Below are positions 54,356-64,000 of a stretch of DNA of 64,000 nt, piece after piece. The notes under the pieces were generated by a model. That model searched no databases. It saw only the letters and a list, made by a program, of their open reading frames with translations, and was not told the DNA's origin. The position numbers and the translations under genes are program-made. The stretch lies in assembly GCA_964016885.1 (NCBI GenBank), contig OZ024741.1, positions 189,224,001 through 189,288,000 of the forward strand, in the 5' to 3' direction. Each line of letters opens with the position of its first letter. Positions within the stretch are counted from its first letter, which is position 1. Source of the stretch: Eledone cirrhosa. Taxonomy: Eukaryota.

Positions 54356-54464
54356 GCCTATACTATCGCTTGCCTGGTTGCCTTTCGATATATGATGGAT
54401 GGATGGACTGCGGAATCCTGGAGAGTGGAGGTGAGAGAGAGAAAAATCTGGACGCTCAGCGACA

Positions 54465-57400
54465 ATGCCAAAGATAAAGACAAATTCACCTCTTGGACGA
54501 GAATGCGAGCACTCCTCATTGTTTCGACCGCGGACGGCTAACATAACCCCATCGCCCCCCGCCCCTCACCGCCCCCAACCCCCAAACGCAATCCAAAACT
54601 TCAGAGTTGGTACCATAAATGTAGGCACCCTAAAGGGTCGCGCTAACGAGGTTGTAGAAATGCTTGAACGTAAGGAGGTCGATGTTTGTTGTATTCAAGA
54701 GACCAGGTGGAGGGGTGGGTCTGCTAGGTTCATTGAGGGTAAAAAACGATGTTATAAGCTTTTCTGGGTGGGAAACGACGATGGGCTGGGTGGAGTAGGA
54801 ATCATGGTAGCAGAAAAGTGGGCAGATAAGATAATAGACGTAAATAGAGTGAACGACAGAATAATTAAAATACGACTTGTCCTCAATAGAACTACGGTGA
54901 CAGTAATATCTGCGTACGCACCCCAATCCGGACTGCCCGGCACTATAAAAGACAGATTCTATGAGACACTGATGCTAACTACCTCCCAAATATCCGACAG
55001 TGACTATATAATTATCGCAGGCGACCTAAATGGTCACGTTGGACAACATTGTGACGGCTACGACGAAATCCATGGAGGCTATGGGTTTGGTACTAGAAAT
55101 GAGGAAGGCTCCAGAATCCTGGAATTCTGTGATGCAAATAACCTAACTATCTGTAACACTAACTTCAAAAAACGTGACAATCACCTGATCACCTATAGAT
55201 CCGGGGAACACACAAGCCAGGTAGATTATATCCTTACCAGAAGACGTGACAGAGTGTCTGTTGTTAACACTAAATCCCTCCCCCATGAAGAATGCACCTC
55301 CCAACATAGACTGATAATTAGCGACCTCATAGTCAGGACGAGACGTACTCGACAACAGAAGAGGACTATCCTCAGGAGGAAAATATGGAAGCTAAAGGAC
55401 CCCACAGCCAGGAATAAATTTCAAAGCATATTACTTGATGCTTTCGACAGTAAGGAAGAACATTTAGAGTCGGACAATATAGAGGGAGAGTGGGAATTTC
55501 TGAAAGCAAACCTGCTGTTGGCGACAGACGAAGTCTGTGGCTGGAGCAGGCCTGTAGGCAGGAGGAGAGTAACATGGTGGTGGAACAGTAAGGTGGAGGG
55601 GTCAATTAAGGCCAAAAAGCAGGCTTGGAAAGTATGGCGGGATGGGGGAAGTAGAGAGGACTATCAAGTGGCCAGGAGGGAAGCTAGGAGACAAGTGTAC
55701 TTAGCAAGAAGGGAAGCTGAGGAAAGAAAGTTCAAGCATGTTCTACAACGCGATGACCAAAAACGTGAGGTGTTCAGGATTGCTAGGCAATGCGTCAAGG
55801 AAAACCGTGATATTGTCGGGGAGAAGTGTGTACTAAACGACGATGGCACACTTGCCATCACCGACGCTGATAAGAAGGTAGCTTGGAAGTGTCACTATGA
55901 AAGGCTACTAAATGAGGAGAATAATTGGGAGAAAGGCAGTCTCCCCCATATCGACCCAATAGAGGGACCAGCAGTGTTAGTCGAGGGGAGTATAATAAGT
56001 AAGGCAATCAAGGATATGAAGACGGGTAAGGCGGCTGGGCCTTCGGAAATAGTTGCTGAGATGCTGAAGGCATCTGGCACGGTGGGACACACCATGGTCA
56101 CCCGCATAGTTAACCAAGTCGTACAGAATGGGGTTGTTCCGAAGGACTGGCATAGCAGCATCATCGTTAACTGTTATAAGGGTAAAGGAGACGCCCTAGA
56201 TAGGAGTAACTATAGAGGCATTAAATTAATCGACCAGGTCATGAAGGTCACGGAAAAAGTAATAGCGCAACTAATCAGAGAGAGAATTGACCTAGATGAA
56301 ATGCAGTTCGGGTTTGTGTCAGGCAAAAGTACCACAGACGCTCTTTTCATAGTACGACAACTACAGGAGAAGTACCTAGCTAAAGGTAAACCCCTCTACT
56401 TAGCTTTTGTCGACTTGGAGAAAGCCTTCGACAGAGTCCCCCGCTCCATTATCTGGTGGGCTCTTAGAAAACTAGGCGTTGACGAATGGCTTGTGAGGGC
56501 TATACAAGCCATGTATAAAGAAACAGTCAGCAAGGTTAGAATTAACAACGAATATAGTGAAGAGTTTAGCGTAAAAGTTGGCGTCCATCAGGGCTCTGTT
56601 CTCAGCCCACTACTATTTATTATTGCCCTTCAGGCTATAACAGAGGAGTTCAAGACAGGTTGCCCATGGGAACTCCTATACGCAGACGACCTGACACTCA
56701 TAGCGGAATCAATGGCCGAGCTAGAGAAGAAATTCCAAACATGGAAGCACGGCCTAGAGTCAAAAGGACTTAAAATTAACCTGGCTAAGACCAAAGTACT
56801 AGTTTGTAGGAAAGAAAACAAGGCGGCGGTCCCTTCTGGGAAATGGTCGTGCTCGGTGTGTAGGAAAGGCGTAGGTAGAAACTCCATTTTATGTCCTAAA
56901 TGCAAAGTATGGGTGCATAAAAGATGTAGTGGGATCACAGGTAAGCTAACTAAGAACATAGATTTTACATGTGGCCGGTGCTCTGGTGCAATAAGTAGCA
57001 GCAAGTGCCCACAAACTACTAGCTCTTTCAATTGCGCAGAGGGTTCTATAGAAATAGTGGACAGCTTCCGTTACCTGGGCGATAAAGTCAGCAGTGGGGG
57101 AGGGTGCTCTGAAAGTACTGTAGCTAGAGTCAGAACTGGTTGGAAAAAGTTCAGAGAGCTTATACCACTATTAGCTGCTAAAGGGTTCTCACTAAAAATG
57201 AAAGGCAGGTTGTACGATGCCTGCATACGAACAGCAATGCTGCATGGCAGTGAGACCTGGGCATTGTGTGCAGAGGATATACGCAGACTAGAGAGGAACG
57301 AAGCTTGCATGCTCCGCTGGATGTGTAACAGTAATATACGTGAACGGCAAAGCATAAACGAACTAAGGAAAAAATTAGAGATAAGAGGGATCAGATGTTG

Positions 57401-57635
57401 TTTACTCGAGAGAAGGCTACGTTGGTATGGACACGTGATGCGCATGAAAGTCGATAGCTGTATAACAAAGTGCAGGGCAATAAAGATAGACGGTAGTCAT
57501 GGAATAGGCAGACCTAGAAAAACCTGGGACGAGCTGATAAACTCCGACATCACACACTTACACCTCTCCAAGACAATGTCACTGGACCGAGACCTTTGGC
57601 GGTACTCAGTAACAGAGAAGACCCGCCTTACCTAA
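54465..57635 (+). CDS. RTE-type LINE protein, 1056 aa: AP endonuclease, reverse transcriptase, embedded PHD-like finger
   Basis: GTINVGTL, IQETRW, SAYAPQ, AGDLNGH, QVDYIL, SQH; NYRGIKL, DLEKAFD, HQGSVLSP, YADD (56679-56690), FRYLG; uninterrupted frame. Confidence 0.96.
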   Translation: MPKIKTNSPLGRECEHSSLFRPRTANITPSPPAPHRPQPPNAIQNFRVGTINVGTLKGRANEVVEMLERKEVDVCCIQETRWRGGSARFIEGKKRCYKLFWVGNDDGLGGVGIMVAEKWADKIIDVNRVNDRIIKIRLVLNRTTVTVISAYAPQSGLPGTIKDRFYETLMLTTSQISDSDYIIIAGDLNGHVGQHCDGYDEIHGGYGFGTRNEEGSRILEFCDANNLTICNTNFKKRDNHLITYRSGEHTSQVDYILTRRRDRVSVVNTKSLPHEECTSQHRLIISDLIVRTRRTRQQKRTILRRKIWKLKDPTARNKFQSILLDAFDSKEEHLESDNIEGEWEFLKANLLLATDEVCGWSRPVGRRRVTWWWNSKVEGSIKAKKQAWKVWRDGGSREDYQVARREARRQVYLARREAEERKFKHVLQRDDQKREVFRIARQCVKENRDIVGEKCVLNDDGTLAITDADKKVAWKCHYERLLNEENNWEKGSLPHIDPIEGPAVLVEGSIISKAIKDMKTGKAAGPSEIVAEMLKASGTVGHTMVTRIVNQVVQNGVVPKDWHSSIIVNCYKGKGDALDRSNYRGIKLIDQVMKVTEKVIAQLIRERIDLDEMQFGFVSGKSTTDALFIVRQLQEKYLAKGKPLYLAFVDLEKAFDRVPRSIIWWALRKLGVDEWLVRAIQAMYKETVSKVRINNEYSEEFSVKVGVHQGSVLSPLLFIIALQAITEEFKTGCPWELLYADDLTLIAESMAELEKKFQTWKHGLESKGLKINLAKTKVLVCRKENKAAVPSGKWSCSVCRKGVGRNSILCPKCKVWVHKRCSGITGKLTKNIDFTCGRCSGAISSSKCPQTTSSFNCAEGSIEIVDSFRYLGDKVSSGGGCSESTVARVRTGWKKFRELIPLLAAKGFSLKMKGRLYDACIRTAMLHGSETWALCAEDIRRLERNEACMLRWMCNSNIRERQSINELRKKLEIRGIRCCLLERRLRWYGHVMRMKVDSCITKCRAIKIDGSHGIGRPRKTWDELINSDITHLHLSKTMSLDRDLWRYSVTEKTRLT

Positions 57636-58243
57636 ATATATAGTAAAACCTACTCCAGCCAGTAGGCATCTCTAACAAAATACACCCCGTCCCACCACCC
57701 CCGCCCCCACCCCATCCACACCACCCCGTTCTATGTAAAGTTATGTTGGTGCCGCGCCATCGAGGCCGAAACAAATGAGATCGTGTAGGTGTCACGACAA
57801 AAAAACACACAGTCCACGCTGTAATGTGGCCGTGTAGGCAACACGGTAAAAACCTCCCAGACCCACACTGTAAATGTGGTTGGTGTTAGGAAGGGCATCC
57901 AACTGTAGAAAACCTGCCAGACAGTCCTATGCGAGCAAGACAATCACTCTTGCCTCAAGTGGGACTACCCCCGTCCAAACCCATGCAAGCGTGGAACACG
58001 GACGTTAAACGTTGATGATGATGATGATGATGATATATATACCATTTATGTTGTTACATTGTTTACCAAAAGGAGGAACTAGTGATTCCAGTTAGTAAAC
58101 GATGATGCAATAAATTAAAGCACTCAACATTATGCACATCATAGATGTGGTAGCCAGTGGTTGATGCTGGAACAGAGTGAAATATTCATTAAAAACAACA
58201 ACAGAAGGCCTGACTGGAAACTTTATCATTTTAATTCTGCGAT

Positions 58244-58319
58244 AACACTATACATATTTCAATGGACCAGCTTCACCATCAGAATATGATGGAGGACCCA
58301 GGTGCTTTCATCAGGTGTT
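58244..58319 (-). ncRNA. Type I hammerhead ribozyme
   Basis: AACAC-CTGATGA-AAG...ATT-GAAA-TATGTA-TA^GTGTT. Confidence 0.7.
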
Positions 58320-58411
58320 AATTGTAGAATTACTTATATAAGAGAACAGGATTTTGCTGAATACAAACAAATTTTCTAATCCTATTCTCTTGTATAATTA
58401 ATTCTACAAAT

Positions 58412-58487
58412 AACACCTGATGAAATCACCTGGGTCTTGCATCAGACTCGGATGATGAAGCTGGGCCATTGAAATATGTATAGTGTT
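58412..58487 (+). ncRNA. Type I hammerhead ribozyme
   Basis: AACAC-CTGATGA-AAT...ATT-GAAA-TATGTA-TA^GTGTT. Confidence 0.72.
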
Positions 58488-58541
58488 TTCACAGAATTAA
58501 AATGATAAAGTTTCCAGTCCAGCCTTCTGTTGTTTTTAATG

Positions 58542-58603
<62 letters not shown>

Positions 58604-59139
58604 GGTTGGATAATCAAGATGAAAAGGTTATGATGTTATTTATCCTTACATTTTCTTCACCTGAACGTTTGTACTTCTTACACTGACACACAAACATACA
58701 GACACATACACACATTAGTTATATAAGCCAACTTGCTAGAAATAGCAGTCAAATGTCTATGAAACCAGACCTTACTTTCCTTAAACAGTAAGGACACATT
58801 GGATAATGCAATCCTACATATGTCTGAATTGAAGACTGAATACTCATGGCTTGGACAGCATTTGATTGTAGATCTATTCAGCAACAACTAGACACTGTCT
58901 ATCTTTGATTATTCATGATTGCCAACATTGAACATATGATAAACAAAAACTTCCAATCTGACAGGTTACCATAGCTACTATGACTGACTGAAATGTTCCT
59001 TAATGTCTACCTTGATAAATTCACAAGAATCTTAACAACGAGCAATTTATAAAACTTTCGTTTGCAGTAATTTTTAAAATCAATTTTTTCATTCCATCTC
59101 TTCTTCAAAATAATTACCATTTCCGACATTCACTGACTT

Positions 59140-59455
59140 CATACAATCTTTCTCTCTTGCTCCTCTCCTTTCTCTCTCTCTCACCGTTTCCTCTTTTCTC
59201 TCTTGTTCTTCTTTCTCCCCTTCTCTCTTTTCTCTTTCACTCTTCTTTCCCTTTTCCTTTTTTTCTCTCTTATTCTCTTTTCTCTCTCACTCTCCTCTCC
59301 CACACTTCTGTCTCTCTCATTCTCCTTTCTTTTTGCTCTACATTCTCTCTCACCTCTCTTGCTCTCCCTTCTCTCCTCTCTCCCTTCTCTCTTGTTTTCC
59401 TTTCTCTCTTCCTCTTCTATCTCTCTTTCCTTTCTTTTTTTCTTCCTTTTCCTTT
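59140..59455. repeat. Polypyrimidine/polypurine low-complexity tract
   Basis: Almost only C and T on the plus strand. Confidence 0.85.
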
Positions 59456-59597
59456 GTAGTTTTATATGTATATATATTTTTATTTTTATGTCTCTACCAC
59501 TAAGATCTTTGTCCACAATGAGAAAACATAACATAATTGTATTACTGGTTGGCACATATGTGTGATGGATGTGTGGGTGTGTATGTGTGTTTTTGTG

Positions 59598-59635
<38 letters not shown>

Positions 59636-60332
59636 CATACATGTGTCTATGTACATAAGTGAATATATATATGATGTATGTATGTACTTTTGTATATGCT
59701 TTAGATTGTATGTGTGTTTTCATGTGTATATATAATATGTATGCATATGTATGTTTGTATGCAATGTTTGTTTGTATGTATATATATATATTTGTATGTA
59801 TATGTATATTTGTATTCAATGTATGTTTGTATGTGTACATGCATGAATATTTGTATATTTGTGTGTGTGTGCTTAAATTTTATAGATATTTGCAATAACC
59901 TAATTGCAAATTTCAATATTTCACAGAACAACACAAACATGAGGTTCAAATATCTGTTTATATCTAGTTGTATCACTATCATTCTATTGGGGTTAAAGTA
60001 GGCTTTCATTTCCTTCTCATACATTCATTCACTGAATCCTGCTTAGGTTTAACTATGTGTTATGTTAGTGTCCTTTACATGAGGAGATTTATCTGCCTTC
60101 GTTTTATCTGAAGGTGTATAGTTTATTCCACCTGGTCTCAGTTTACCTAGCTTGTCAGCTAAAGTTACCTGTGTGATAAACTCGTATCTTATCCAAGGGA
60201 AGATTACTACAGTGCATCATAACTCTCCAGAAAATAGCTACCATATCATTAACATCATGTATGTACCTATGTATGTGATGTATATATTGGATTAGCAGAA
60301 ATTGTTAGAGCATCAGACAAAATACTATATGG

Positions 60333-60534
60333 CAGGCATGTCAAACTGAGGGTCCCCCGAGAGTCACATGGGTCCCATACGTGTTGTCTGAGGGCCACAC
60401 AAGACAACTAATTGCACACATCACAACACATTTTTTTAAATCTTATATTACGAAGATAAAACATGCTCATGCTGTAAAAACCTTTGTGCAGGCCACAGGT
60501 ATGCTTGAAAAGACCCGCATGTTTGACATGCCTG
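60333..60534. mobile_element. hAT-type MITE nested in an old S2-like SINE
   Basis: TIRs CAGGCATGTCAAAC / GTTTGACATGCCTG; 8-bp TSD CTATATGG / CTATAAGG. Confidence 0.85.
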
Positions 60535-60729
60535 CTATAAGGTATTTGTTATGGTTCTTTATGTTCTGAGACCAAAACCTGCCAAGGTGAACTTTGCTTT
60601 CCATCCTTCCAAAATCAATAAAATAAAATAGCAATTAAGTACAGTGGTCAATATAATTGGCTTTCCCCTTCCCCCAAATCGCTGATCTTGTGCCAATGTT
60701 AGAAAGGATTTTTTTTTTTTGTCAGGAAG

Positions 60730-61130
60730 GGCAAGCAGTTTTTATGTGTCCAGTGGCCATGGCAAAAGAGGGTGTATGATGGACAATTTTAAAAGGGTTG
60801 AAAACCAGCTCTTTCCTCTACAGCAAACCTCTGATTAACTTTTTCTGGTTTCACTTGAAGAGAAAAATCAGGGTAGAGAGGGAATTGCTGCTTTCCAAGC
60901 AGTTTGTTGTAAGGTGGGGGAGAGAGGCGAGCATGACCCCAGTTAATGGACCTGTTCTGAGTGTGTGTTTGTAGATTGGAGGAGGACAACTGGGACAGGG
61001 CACTTGCCCTAGTGATCAGGGCACCCATGGTTTTATGGGTTTTTTTCTCAGTCCTCGAACATCTCCTCCCTATTGAAGAATTCCTATTGTTTAATTTTTT
61101 TATTGTTACCTTTCTTTTTACTAGTGTTAA
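60730..61130 (+). mobile_element. Possible L1/Tx1-like 3' remnant
   Basis: AKEGV*WTILKGLK..INFFWFHLKRKIRVERE..FVVRW resembles an ORF2 C-terminus. Confidence 0.4.
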
Positions 61131-61250
61131 ATCTATTTACATGCAAAACGCACACACCAACACACATACACACTGTTTTCATCCTATGCTGTCCTAATGT
61201 TTTCCTAATGTTAATCCTTGTGGTGAATAAAGAAATCATTATTATTATTA

Positions 61251-61441
61251 AGGGCAGTGGATTAGTAGTATCGGTAGAGCGTTGGACACCATGCTTTATG
61301 GCATAGAGTTATGGCTCTTTACATTCTGAGTTCAAATACCACCGAGGTTAGTTTTGCCTTCCATCCTTACAAAATTGATAAAATAAAGCACCAGCAATGC
61401 ACTGGGATCGATTTAATCAACTTTCCCCTTCCCTTAAAATT
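61251..61441 (+). mobile_element. SINE family S2
   Basis: Diverged match to 47274-47463. Confidence 0.75.
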
Positions 61442-63136
61442 GTTATTATTTAATGTTAAAATTATTATTATTTAATGCAAGGCACAGATCCTTGGCCTGT
61501 CTGGGAGATCAATGACTCTGCTTCAATACTGACTTGGTCTATGTAAACCATCAAGCCCTTGCTGGCAGGGAAAGCAGATGTTAAAACGACAATGATGATT
61601 AATGGATGCCACTTAAGCAGCTGTAATGAAATTGGATTTTTACCAGGTTTTAGTGGATAAAATCTTTTTCCTTATGGATAGCAGTGGGATTAATAACATA
61701 GGGACATCTATCCCAATATCTAAGTCAGTCTTTCAGACAACATTTCTTGTTGATGTCTGGTGTACAATAAAAACAATTTAAACTGTTTAGTCAAGGAACA
61801 TCAAGAGACATAAACAGAAGAGGTAGTAGCATGAAAGACATTGGAATCAAAACAAATCACAGAGACACTTAATAAATATACTGAAATGTATTTACAAAAA
61901 CACAAACATTGTTTCAAAAAAGACAATCAGAAAATAAATATCAAAACAAACACTTGAAGGCATAGATAATCACAGCCATAATCATATGACTGAAAATAAT
62001 AATTTTCATGATATAAATAAGATCAATAACAACAACAACAGACATACATTTTGACACTAATACACAAACGTTGTTTGTCAGCATAGCATGCTTGTTGAAT
62101 GTTTAGTCATGGCAAAAACACAGTCCAAAACAGACCAGTTGCTACATTGTGTCCAAAAGTATTGTATCTCCTTATTTGAAGAATATATTCAGAATCAGGC
62201 AAAGAGAAACTGATTTACCCATGCCACATAAAGGCAAGGGGGACTTTCAATGTCTTCAAAATATGAATTGAAGGAAGCACTATCTGACAACTAAGCTAAG
62301 ACTGTAAGTTTAGAAATGGGTAAAGTCAATGTGACCATTTACCTCACTTTCAAGAGCAAGGAGAAATTGAAGAGACAAGCAGAAATAGCATACAAAACCC
62401 CTGATACCTGGATTGTACCCCCTCCATAGAATATGGGCAGTGTAAAAGTAACATCCAGAAGCATAGCAAATTACTTTAACCTCTGTGTCATATTTGCTCT
62501 TGTTAAATAATTTGGGTGTGTAATAAGTGCCAAAGTAATGAGGTATGAAGCTCAGTATCGTCTTGCAAATTTACATGACTCCTCAGCACCATAAATCCAT
62601 TCTAGAACTTTGTCCCATTTTGAGTGCAGAGACAGAACTGATAAGATTGACACTGCAGATCGGAAAGCCCTGTTGTTACACTTGTGGCAGCAAAAGCCAT
62701 TCAAGGTCTTTCTACTCTGAGGGGCTGAAAACATGGCAAAATATTAAGCAAATTCCAGGGGCTATTGTTACTGTAACACCATCAGTCACATAACCTGTTC
62801 GATTTCTAAAAATGACAGGAAAATCTGCTTCCTCCTTGGTTTCTGAAGCAGACAATGCTATTGCACCTCTTTCCAATCCTGAAATAGCAAAGGAAGCTAC
62901 ATCATGTTAATTCTCAGAAGTGAAAGATGCCAACGTTTTTCCTCTAAAGGGTACCATCCCATTCATTGGTGATGATAAAGATGAAATGGAAGTTGAGGAA
63001 GGCCAGCAGACTGTTGTAACAGGAGTAGAGAAAAAATAAAATTAAAATAAAAAACACATCTGTCAGAAATCTTCAAAAGAAAAGGTGGGAAAGTGCAACG
63101 CACATTTGTCAGAGTCAATAACATTGGACTTGTTAA

Positions 63137-63344
63137 CTCTTTAGCAATTACATTACTCTATATTTACTATTATATTTTCACGGTGAAGGATTTACCGCCC
63201 ATAATATTGGATCTATGAGATTTTGATATTATTTATTTTGAGAACGATACCTTAATATCCGTATGAGCGGCCGGTTACAGCTAGTTTCAGCAGGAAGAGG
63301 TGAGAGAATTCTGGCCAGATACAGCCGGTTTAAATGCTAAAGGG
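63137..63344. mobile_element. piggyBac-like MITE
   Basis: TTAA|CTCTTTAGCAATTA ... TAAATGCTAAAGGG|TTAA. Confidence 0.75.
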
Positions 63345-63824
63345 TTAATGAAAGGTATGAATTACAGAAAAAAATCCCCACACAATATGTGAATGGACAC
63401 AGAAATATGGGATTGCTGTTACGAGCTCCCAGATTATAGTTTTACTTCAAATGACAAAAGAAGTATATGAAAAAGCATTTTTGTCCATAAGATGTGGGTG
63501 CTCTTATTGCTGAACCTACTGTAAAAATGTTTTCAGTGAATTTTAGTGATCCCTAAAAGTATATAATGTATGGTGGGGGAGCAGATATGTGGGGTGTTTT
63601 GAGTTGACTTACCTAGCGGGTTCTCATGTGTGTGGGTGCATAACCTGAGAATGTTTTTCATGTTTTATATCATGAGTTAATTATTGAGTACTTTATAATG
63701 TGTTTATACTTATTTCGTGTTTTATCAAATCTATTTGTCATTTGTAAATGGTCCTTGTCTCTATTCTCATTTTAATTAACTTTGTCCTTCAGAACATGTA
63801 CTGTAATCCCTATCATTTCCTTCA

Positions 63825-63904
63825 TCATTTCCTTTTACATCCACTTTTCCCTGCTTGCAAGGGTGGGACAGGAACTGATTCTGGCTTGATTTCTACAGCT
63901 GGAT
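63825..63904 (-). mobile_element. SINE family S1 3' fragment
   Basis: Matches 23703-23778. Confidence 0.7.
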
Positions 63905-64000
63905 CCCTACGTTTATAATATTTGCTATGCAACTGGCAACAGAACGGGAGAATTCCCAGCTCTGTGAGCCGAGGAGCGGTGGCGCTGCTGAAAAAGGATC

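Larger units (their letters stand above)
54063..58033 (+). mobile_element. Apparently full-length young RTE family A LINE (5' boundary uncertain, may extend to 53381)
   Basis: Single intact ORF, ~400-bp 3'UTR, (GAT)n tail running into (AT)n. Confidence 0.92.
58187..58541. repeat. ~355-bp inverted repeat with a hammerhead in each arm
   Basis: CATTAAAAACAAC..AGAAGG / CCTTCTGTTGTTTTTAATG; loop ~58355-58378. Confidence 0.88.

Overview
Eukaryotic, AT-rich, repeat-saturated DNA. The repeat families (RTE LINEs with (GAT)n tails, tRNA-derived and Nin-domain SINEs, dense (TA)n microsatellites) suggest an octopus or other cephalopod intergenic/intronic region; this is inference. Contents: one intact 1056-aa RTE-type LINE ORF with a PHD-like finger inside the RT and many truncated relatives; a degraded GC-rich RTE; Helitron derivatives; Penelope-like GIY-YIG remnants; MITEs; and a 7.3-kb 15-bp minisatellite with higher-order structure. 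No confident host protein gene was found. The most striking signal lies outside the ORF track: many short non-coding segments, often (TA)n-flanked, carry type I hammerhead ribozyme (HHR) motifs with palindromic stem III, often inside inverted repeats. One has a 557-nt unit whose direct repeat starts exactly at the predicted cleavage site, suggesting a retrozyme-like / non-autonomous Penelope-derived RNA system. All alignments and folds were done by eye.
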